Shown here piece by piece: positions 53,901-64,000 of a stretch of DNA of 64,000 nt. Position numbers and translations under genes: made by a program. The notes below the pieces were generated by a model, which saw only the letters and a program-made list of their open reading frames with translations, had not been told where the DNA came from and ran no database searches. The first letter of the stretch is position 1. Each line of letters opens with the position of its first letter. Source of the DNA: Haliotis cracherodii (taxonomy: Eukaryota); assembly GCF_022045235.1 (NCBI RefSeq), contig NW_027266271.1, positions 5,394,001-5,458,000 of the forward strand, written 5' to 3'.

Positions 53901-54386
53901 ACAACAAAATCGATGTTCCTGTGATCATCATGCTAAACATATTGATTTGAGAATACTCTGTTTGTGACTTGCTTTCGACTCACTTGCATCCTCACATTTC
54001 TTGACATTTCATACTTTTCTGAAATGAGGGTCTCACTATCTGTTCCAGTGTAATACAAGCTACATACTCCCCAGGACATTAAAAGGAAACTGATACCAGA
54101 AATAGAACACTGCCACAAATATCTATTAAAAGCAGCCAATCTGCGATCAGGCAATAACCAGGGCAACAAAGCAGTGCAAGATGCCTGTTTAAGGGATGAT
54201 ACTGAATTATTACTCTTGGTAAACAGTTACATTGTTACAAGTTCAAAACGATCTGCGATAATAATGTTCCTTAATGAAACTGACAATATTTTGCAATGTT
54301 TAAGTAACATATTGTAAGTAAAAGCTCAGTTCCTCTGTATATTTGTAACACAATCCATCATGCAAGAGAGCACCTGATTATTGAAA

Positions 54387-55344
54387 TATGCTCTCCACTA
54401 TATGTAGGGCATCATGAAATTTAATTGTTACAAGACACAAAATTGTTAATGATGCCCTGAACAGTCCAGGATCAATCAATCAGAAACTAAACTTTATGAA
54501 ATCGAGTCCCAACAGTCACTTGCTGTTCACTTGGTGCGCCAGTCCACCAGAGTTTAAGTTACTGACCAGAAGATTAGAATTCATCTGCACTCAGCCAATC
54601 TGCATTATCAGCGACCACATGCTGTAGTACCAGTAACAAATAGACACATTCTATCAAGACGTCATTGTCGTTTAGAGCATACAAAACTGGGGGAAATCGC
54701 CAATGGTCTCATGGAGTGGAATGTTTTCAGAAGAATCCATGATTCACTCTGGACCTTCAGGATAAGCATGGACATGGCTGGAGGCGTCTTGACGTACATC
54801 ATATGAACGGCAATAGATTTGGGGGGTAAGGGTTACTGGACAGCAAGTGCTGTTGACACTTAGTCGTGCTGCATCATGCTGGTCCATGTTCGTGCCCATG
54901 GTGCCCGGATTGTAACTGACTACCCCAAGCAGTAAAACATCACCAGAATGCAATAGCCAGCCAGGAGTCCTGACCTTTCCCAATTAGAGCAGGTCTGGGA
55001 TATGATAGGAGACGTGTTAGCCAATGTCAGTGGCCTCTTGGTATATTGGCTGAACTGGACCAGGTGCTGCAAGATGAGTGGAAACTGGGAGATTAATTTG
55101 GACATGCCACAAATGAATGTTTGGTCAGTCATGGGGCCATGAGCCATCATTGATCAAGTCATCTTAATTTTTTTTACTACACACCCGTTGTCTTTTTCAG
55201 TTGTTTGTACCCTTACAATACACGTCAACATGTTATGTCATGATACACCTAGTCTTTCCTTTTAATTATCCATCACTCAATGCCTTTTTGTATTTCTGTA
55301 ATCATCTGTTATCTTCGAAAATCCCCTACTTTTGTTGGAGCATA
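54387..55344 (+). mobile_element. Heavily decayed, internally deleted Tc1-family element
   Basis: Broken frames give MFSEES..FTL and AHGARIVTDY..NITRMQ*PARSPDLSQLEQVWDMIG, a relic of the Tc1 WPxxSPDLxPIE motif. Degenerate TIR pair TATGCTC..GTAGGG / CCCTAC..GAGCATA. Confidence 0.7.
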
Positions 55345-55389
55345 CATTACATGTGAAAATAATTCCTTCCGCTCATTGTTATTTGCCAA

Positions 55390-56585
55390 ACCAACTTAAC
55401 CCATGCACAGACCACCCCAACTCAACCCATGCACCTACCATCCCAACTCAACCCATGCACAGACCACCCCAATTCAACCCATGCACCTACCATCCCAACT
55501 CAACCCATGCACCTACCATCCCAACTCAACCCATGCACCTACCATCCCAACTTAACCCATGCACAGACCACCCCAACTCAACCCATGCACCTACCATCCC
55601 AACTCAACCCATGCACCTACCATCCCAACTCAACCCATGCACAGACCACCCCAATTCAACCCATGCACCCACCATCCCAACTCAACCCATGCACCTACCA
55701 TCCCAACTCAACCCATGCACCTACCATCCCAACTCAACCCATGCACCTACCATCCCAACTCAACCCATGCACCTACCATCCCAACTCAACCCATGCACCT
55801 ACCATCCCAACTCAACCCATGCACCAACCAACTCAACCCATGCACCGGCCACCCCAACGCAACCCATGTACCGACCAACTCAACCCTTGAACCTACCACC
55901 TCCACTCAACCCATGAACCTCCCACCTCAACTCAACCCATGCTCCAACTCAACTCAACCCATGCACCGACCACCCCAACGCAACCCATGCACAGACCACC
56001 CTAACTCAACCCATGCACCTACCATCCCAACTCAACCCATGCACCTACCATTCCAACTCAACCCATGCTCCAACTCAACTCAACCCATGCACCGACCAAC
56101 TCAACCCATGCACCGACCAACTCAACCCATGCACCTACCGACTCAACCCATGAACCTCCCACCTCAACTCAACCCATGCACCGACCAACTCAACCCATGC
56201 ACCGACCAACTCAACCCATGCACCTACCAACTCAACCCTTGAACCTCCCACCTCAACTCAACCCATGCACCATGCACCTATCAGCGACCACATGCTGTAC
56301 TACCATTAACAAATAGACACATTCTATCAAGACGTCATTGTCGTTTAGAGCATACAAAACTGGGGGAAATCGCTAACTCAACCCATGCACCTACCAACTC
56401 AACCCATGAACCTCCCACCTCAACTCAACCCATGCACCGACCAACTCAACCCATGCACCTACCAACTCAACCCATGCACCTACCAACTCAACCCATGAAC
56501 CTCCCACCTCAACTCAACCCATGCACCTACCAACTCAACCCATGCACCGACCAACTCAACCAATGCACCTTCCACCTCAACCCAA
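55390..56585. repeat. C/A-rich minisatellite, 26-bp unit (AACTCAACCCATGCACCTACCATCCC) grading into 21-bp units, interrupted at 56279-56373
   Basis: Periodic CAACCCATG core. Confidence 0.95.
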
Positions 56586-59160
56586 ACAATGGAAGTGGTT
56601 GGCATGTCTATCAGGATTTACCTGGTTTATATACTTTCAAGCCCACAGGATCTCAGCAGTTTATTTTGGGTGTCCAAGGCATAAACATGGGACACCCAAT
56701 ATAGAAGTATAACCATAGGAAACTGGCTAATATTATATGTCAACATGTATTTTCCCCCAATTGGAGACCTGTTCAATGCCAATAAAAGAGGTGACTGCTT
56801 GATGTCAGTTGGAGTCACCTGAAACTTCATGTCAGTCAAACACTGATTAGAGCGGTGACTTTCTGTGCCTGCCCTGCACTCTTTGTCCCTTACCTCCTTA
56901 CCCAGCTACAGGGACCTACACAACCTGAAGGAGTGCTTTAGAAATTAAACCAAACAGGACTTGAGGTGTGTCAAGGGAACAATAAACAGGTCGACCTATG
57001 GTCAAACAATAGCTTGCCATAACCTAGATGCTGGGTCAAGATCTCTTCAGGTGAAAGCTAGCCCAAATACCTTGCATGGTTGTACATACTTCAAGCAAAA
57101 CTTGGTCAGTCTTTTCCTTGCAAGATGACATTGTCAATATGAACATTACCATGTTTTTGATTATGATCATGAAGTGTGCTGTTACAACTGACAGTGTGGT
57201 CCTTACACATACCAAACAGTATAGAACATTGGAAACTGACGCTAGAAACACCTGCTACAACAAAACTAAGCCCATGAAACGTCTAGTCTCCTAGTATTTG
57301 CCTAGATATGAGAGTGAGTGTATGTCATGTGTGCTAGGTGCAGGCCAGCATGCCGGTGTCTCTACAATGATAGCCACATATAATCTATGTTCACCACACT
57401 CAAGGAACTGATTAATCAGCCATTGTTACGGAAAAATACACCTCAGGCTACTGTCATACCTATTTGCATTTCTCCATTTTCATTAATACATTGATAAATC
57501 AAAATATGTATCAACAAAAAAACATCTTGAATGTCCAGGTATGAATTCATCAATCTGTATCTGACAGATGTGGAGGTAAACACAGGAGTAAACAATATAC
57601 TGTAAACTAGTTATAATGAACTTAAAGGGACCACTAATAAACACATATGCATGAACACATATATCTTAAGCACATAAATTAATTTTCTCTTAATTAATTA
57701 TCAACAACAAAAATGTGTTTTAAACTATATTAGTGCCAACGTTGCAATTTCAAGTTCACAGCCTTGATGATAATACAGCCAGGGTAATTAACAGTAGTAG
57801 AAATGAACCTTTTGTAAACTAGTTTAGTACAAAGATACATACAAGGGGAAACATGACTTCTACCAGTGTTCAGTGTTGAAAACAGCACAAAACCCTTTCC
57901 ATAACCATAAGACATCTCTGCCCAAAAGCAGAGTCCTCTGTACCATTCCGAATATTATGTGTGTTTTTGAATTACTATCAAATGATGATGATACCAGGTG
58001 TTGCAAATAGGTGGTGACCATCACAAACACATGCAAAGGCAAGACAACTGTTCAAATGAATAAACACAGGACTATATGGCACAAGACAAAATAAGGATTT
58101 GCATCACACATCATTTTTGTCAGTGATGTGGCAAATTTGAAAAGGTCCTCCATGTCTACCATAAAACCTTTTGAAAGCTTTATTAAGGCCTTGAATGTTG
58201 TAACCCTAATGGAACAAAAATGGAGCAAGAGTCGTATGACTCTCTTGAAATCTACGAAGAAGGAGCATGTTCAACTGTTCCTCAAATGTAGACAACAAAG
58301 GCTGGAGCTGCTGGAAGTAGACTATTGGAAAGTCAAAGTTAAACAATTGCTTAGTGTGAAAATACTAAAGCGCTTACGACAAGCAAGACATGCCCTGCAA
58401 ATCTTGTCTGTCATGATAAGATGGACGAGGTGTGTTTATGAATTTGATAGTCTGTGTAGAACCCCCACTGCCAGTATGGAGGAAATAGGCCACACACTTG
58501 CTACCTTAGCATCTACTACAACATATTGAATGAGTGCTTTTACACTAACTACAAATTGAGCAAGACACAACGATTAGAGAAGTTTGCTAAGACTGCAATG
58601 CAGAGATATCATATTGCCTCACAAAGAGACAGAGTGTTTTGTCAGGATCCCCCAGCAGCCAGTGCAGAACCTAATGACTCCCTCTCTATGCCAAGTTCTA
58701 CCAACATCTCAGTCCTGTCATGGAAAGCACTCTCCTTGTTTTCCCCATGCTCTGGATCTATGTTCTGTCTCATCTGGTTTTCTACCCTACACCATTCCTA
58801 CAGCCAGCTGGAATTTCCAACATTTGGTCATGCATCAGGAAATTAAAAAGATTGGTGTTTTGGTTGGTTTTAAACCATTCCCAAACCTATCCCCTGTATT
58901 TTCAAACAATAAGCTTCAACCTTCTAGATAAAGTTAATATGTTTTTAAAGATCTGGTTTAATAGAAAGTTTCAAAACAGACTGTGTACATGTTTTCTGTA
59001 CTTTGTACCATAAGACACACACCTATATATGGGATGTGGTGAATTCCTTCACAGCATGCCAGCTCTAATTTGAGCACAAAAGTATGGTAATAGTACATCA
59101 TCTTCACTGGAGGATGCTGATGTTAACTAAACTGGCATGTGCACTGCATACTAGATGACC

Positions 59161-59373
59161 ACAGACAGACAGACAGACAGACAGACACAAACCCTAGAAT
59201 ACCAGATCATCTCTCTCTCTCTCTCTGAATACACGATGACCACATACATGATGACCACACACAAACACACATACTCACTCACCCCACCCCCACCCCTACC
59301 CACCCACCCCCACCCACCCACACACACACCCACACCCACACCCACACCCACACCCACACCCACACACACACAC
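59161..59373. repeat. Compound microsatellite: (GACA)n, (CT)n, (CA)n, (CACC)n, (CACACC)n
   Basis: Read directly from the sequence. Confidence 0.9.
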
Positions 59374-60894
59374 TTCATTAAACACTCAACTTATCCAAGG
59401 CAAGCATAACTGACAACACATTTCTCATCCAGGGAAGCCCTTTAGCTTAACTACTACCTGCCTGACCACTTACACAAGCATGTACTGTTCTACCTGACCA
59501 ACATTAGGAGGCAGCGATGCCCAAACATACCTGTTTTTCAAGTACCAGCTGTTTTCCAGATGAAGTAGGGGATAGAGAGTGAGCGACAGAAATCCTCAAC
59601 ATCCATTTCCCCACTCCATCTGTGTCCACACTTGTTTCATTAATTGTCTATTCACTGTTTGTATCAAAACATTATCAATATAAAGTTATGTTGAGTTGGT
59701 AGTGAGAGCCAATCCGATACTGCTCCAAAACAAATTCCTTATGGATGTCTTTTGGTTCCTTTCCAAGTTGTAAATTCTCTTCCACATGCTGTGCATGCTG
59801 GCTGTCAGCTCATGGTTTCTCTCTTCAACCAGTAATCTCTGTCAATACACATCACTGAAACTGTTGCTTATCAACCTACATCACACAACATATTTTCAAG
59901 ATTTGTCTTTAAGCTGTTTTATATGCTAGTTGTTATCAGCTTGTTTCAACCAACCGGGAGTTTCAGTTGCTGATCAAAACTCATGATGTTATCTCATAAT
60001 CATGAAGTACTACTGTTCTTTCAATCATTGGAATAATTCTTAGTGGAGGTGTACAGAGAACTCGAGACCAAAGCCACACATGATGCATGACCCATATAAA
60101 GACACACAACATTTGGGACAACCTCTATGACTAAAAAAAACATGAAAACTTCTCTGACAAGGCATCCAAGCAGAACACGAGAATCAGTCAGCCATGTCCA
60201 CCAAGTCTGTCACAGCTACATCACCAGTGCAGACAGGCTGAGGAATAAGGAGGCCACACTCTACACAGTGTAATCAAGACAACATTATATGTACCTATCT
60301 CTCTGCTAGTCTTACATCCATGAAAATAGTCCAACTTCTGAAAATTTGGAGACCAATAAACATAAGACATGCGTCATACATCATCCACTGATGAGAAAAT
60401 GTAGGAGAATGAAGTCCTTGTGAGTTTTGTTTAGTATGGAAATCACAACGGTCTTTGCTAGTTCTTTGTCCCATGTCGGAGAAACTGTTGTCATAGGACA
60501 AGCTTCATAATGATGACACCTGAAAAATCTGGATAATATTTACAGAAACTCATTGTTATTCCTTTAAAGGCATAGTAGGAGAGTGATATACATGTCCACA
60601 GTATGGATGCCTCTAACAAGAATAATACATTGACGATTTAAATACTCAGTTTGAAATAATATTACACAAACAACACTGGACATTGTTCCCACATCCAGCT
60701 GTTGCAGAATGATACAATGTTACTTCTGGGCCGGGTCTGTCATTAAACTACTGAATCCCATCATAACTCATTTAATATTTGGTTTACAGTCCCTTTATTG
60801 GAAAACATGAAATACTCAAAAAACAATTATTTATTCTTTAGTAAAACCAAATGACAGGAAATAGGGGCTTACAGAAACAAACAACATCTGTCCG

Positions 60895-62500
60895 GGTTGT
60901 ACAGAAGGACAGTATAATACTAAACCAGTGTAATAAACATGTTGTACAGGACTGTTTAATACTACACCGATGTGATAAACATGTTGTACAGGACTGTTTA
61001 ATACTACACCGATGTAATAAACATGTTGTACAGGAGGGTTTAATACTACATCGATGTGATAAACATGTTGTACAGGACAGCTTAATACTACACCGATGTA
61101 ATAAACATGTTGTACAGGACAGCTTAATACTACACCGATGTAATAAACATGTTGTACAGGACTGTTTAATACTACATCGATGTAATAAACATGTTGTACA
61201 GGACTGTTTAATACTACACCGATGTAATAAACATGTTGTACAGGACAGTTTAATACTACACCGATGTAATAAACATGTTGTACAGGACTGTTTAATACTA
61301 CACCGATGTAATAAACATGTTGTACAGGACTGTTTAATACTACACCGATGTAATAAACTCGTTGTACAGGACGGTTTAATACTACATCGATGTGATAAAC
61401 ATGTTGTACAGGACAGCTTAATACTACACCGATGTAATAAACATGTTGTACAGGACTGTTTAATACTACACCGATGTAATAAACATGTTGTACAGGACAG
61501 CTTAATACTACACCGATGTAATAAACATGTTGTACAGGACTGTTTAATACTACATCGATGTAATAAACATGTTGTACAGGACTGTTTAATACTACACCGA
61601 TGTAATAAACATGTTGTACAGGACGGTTTAATACTACATCGATGTAATAAACATGTTGTACAGGACTGTTTAATACTACACCGATGTAATAAACATGTTG
61701 TACAGGACTGTTTAATACTACACCGATGTAATGAACATGTTGTACAGGACGGTTTAATACTACATCGATGTAATAAACATGTTGTACAGGACGGTTTAAT
61801 ACTACATCGATGTGATAAACATGTTGTACAGGACAGCTTAATACTACACCGATGTAATAAACATGTTGCACAGAAGGACAGTTTAATTCTACGCCGAAGT
61901 AATAAACATGTTGTACATGACAGTTTAATACTACACCGATGTAATAAACATGTTGTACATGACAGTTTAATACTACACCGATGTAATAAACATGTTGTAC
62001 CGAAGGACAGTTTAATACTACACCGATGTAATAAACATGTTGTACAGTACAGTTTAATACTACACCGATGTAATAAACATGTTGTACAGAAGGATTAATA
62101 AGCATAATACTACACCGATTTAATAAACATGTTGTACAGAAGGACAGTTTAATACTACACCAATTTAATAAACATGTTGTACAGGACGACAGTTTAATAC
62201 TACACCGATGTAATTAACATGTTGTACAGAAGGATTAATAAGTATAATACTACACTGATGTAATTAACATGTTGTACAGAAGGACAGTTTAATACTAGAC
62301 CAATGTAATAAACATGTTGTACAGGACGACAGTTTAATACTACACCGATGTAATTAACATGTTGTACAGAAGGATTAATAAGTATAATACTACACCGATG
62401 TAATAAACATGTTGTACAGAAGGACAGTTTAATACTACACCAATGTAATAAACATGTTGCACAGAAGGACAGTACTACACCGATGTAATAAACATGTAAC
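60895..62500. repeat. Minisatellite, 42-bp unit (CATGTTGTACAGGACTGTTTAATACTACACCGATGTAATAAA), ~37 copies, longer variant units at the edges
   Basis: Direct periodicity. ORFs on both strands are repeat translations. Confidence 0.97.
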
Positions 62501-63499
62501 ATCTCCTGAATCTTTTACTCTAAAATACACTGTCTGACACGGCCACCTGTGCTATTTTCATCTACAATGAGAATATTCATTAATGACATTGACAAAAAAA
62601 ACAGGAACTGAATGGAATGAGTTCTGTTGATCACTTTACAACATAAGCAATATGTAAAATGTATTACATTGGCACAACTTCCCCAAAGTTGATCATTCAT
62701 GTTACCGGAAACAGAATCAGGTCATCAGAATGGGGTTTTGTTTGGGTTGTGAAGAAAATGATGCAACCATAGGTCATGGAATGAATGCAACTGGTCCTTT
62801 GCAGGTCTAACATTAATAATAATAATGTTATGTATATCTTAATGAACTACTTTGGCTGTATCAGAAGGTAAAACAAATGTTAGGTATTTTGAGGTAGACA
62901 ATAACAACAGTATAGATATATATTTGCTTAGTTTGTTTCCGAAAACAGGGCAGAAAACACAACAACTGCAGTACCATCACCCTGACTAACCTGCTAACCT
63001 GAAAAGCCTGGGCTAAAAGTCTGTCATTGAATCATGAGCCGTCAAATGAAAGACTTTTTAAATATATTTTTTTCCTATTTTTGAAATTTTCACAACTAAA
63101 ACCAAAGGTGCTAATACATGTATTGACATCAGCAGGATCAGATCTCTCTCAAAAACAAGTTTATAAGGCAGTCATACCACAACAGTGTTAACTGCAAAAG
63201 AGTTTCTTATAACTTTTTGAAATGTAAAAGCATCTGTTTTGAGTGATGACAAGTGTGACAGGTAATGTGATCTGAATGGGTTGATTGGCATTCAAGGACC
63301 ATTCTGCCACAATTAACAGGAAGAGACCTTCCTGCCTTGCTGGCATTCCAGTGCTCAGGCACTACCACAGTTGTAATGAACACTTTTAATATCATTGATA
63401 TTCTACAGTTGTGGCTTGTAATCTGATTTTTTCATCTGTTCCACATCTTGTAACAATCTTTGTATGTGAACAACAAAGAATGAATCTCCTAGCTGTACA

Positions 63500-64000
63500 A
63501 ATCACTGGAATCTAGCATGTTTATATCACTGGAATCTGTAACAAACATTGACTGAGAGAAGAGAATCTCCAATGTTTAGATCACTGGAATCCTGGCAAGA
63601 AACATTGACTGTGAGAAGGCCCTGAACAGCTGAAATGCTGGTAAGAAACACAGATTGGGAGAAGGCCATGCTTACCTGAAATCCTGGAAAGAAACACTGA
63701 CTGGAAGAAGGCCCTGAGTAGCTGGAATCCTGGTAAGAAACACTGACCGGGAGAAGGCCCTGCATAGCTGGAATCCTGGTAAGAAACAGACTGGGAGAAG
63801 GCCCTGCGTAGCTGGAATCCTGGTAAGAAACAGACTGGGAGAAGGCCCTGCACAGCTGGAATCCTGGTAAGAAACACTGACTGGGAGAAGGCCCTGCACA
63901 GCTGGAATCCTGGCAAGAAACAGACTGTGAAAAGGCCCTGCATAGCTGGAATCCTGGTAAGAAACACTGACTGGGAGAAGGCCCTGCATAGCTTGAATCC
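63500..64000. repeat. Minisatellite, 44-46-bp unit (GCTGGAATCCTGGTAAGAAACACTGACTGGGAGAAGGCCCTGCATA), runs off the right edge
   Basis: Direct periodicity from ~63570, with degenerate units from ~63500. Confidence 0.93.

Noticed and set aside
55332-56704. Pro/Thr/His-rich extensin- or mucin-like ORFs
   Set aside because: The C/A-rich array has non-triplet units, and the same three peptides rotate through all frames.
57860-58700. Cluster of short plus-strand ORFs that might be a decayed transposon gene
   Set aside because: No recognisable catalytic motif or termini; a translated HMM search would be needed.
60831-62105. 415-424-aa ORFs on both strands
   Set aside because: They are translations of the 42-bp minisatellite.
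63666-63690. Minus-strand TTTCAG|GTAAGC motif
   Set aside because: It lies in a degenerate unit of the 44-46-bp array, with a short pyrimidine tract and a nearby upstream AG.

Overview
This is AT-rich eukaryotic (animal) genomic DNA, probably a mollusc and plausibly a gastropod. That assignment is an inference from the repeat types: DINE-1/pearl-like Helentron elements, a tRNA-headed SINE with a (GAGT)n tail, and I-group LINE and Tc1/pogo/hAT relics. I found no intact cellular gene, rRNA, tRNA or CRISPR array. About 19 kb (~30%) is occupied by 11 minisatellite loci with units of 21-46 bp, the largest ~8 kb; these generate nearly all the long ORFs in the track, which I treat as artefacts. Recognisable mobile DNA comprises two decayed Tc1 elements, an internally deleted pogo/Tigger element, a young 5'-truncated RNase H-bearing LINE with a 12-bp TSD, hAT-type elements, four Helentron-like HINEs, SINE relics and several foldback cassettes. 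Most arrays are G/T-rich on the minus strand and the best splice signals are also on the minus strand, so the window probably lies in very long introns of a minus-strand gene. The top leads are (1) a candidate recursive splice site (polypyrimidine-CAG|GTAAGT) at 47307/47308, (2) a candidate signal-peptide exon (38401-38461) and other possible alternative first exons beside minisatellites, and (3) a 95-bp local templated insertion of Tc1 DNA into a minisatellite. All exon and splice calls come from motifs only and need RNA-seq.
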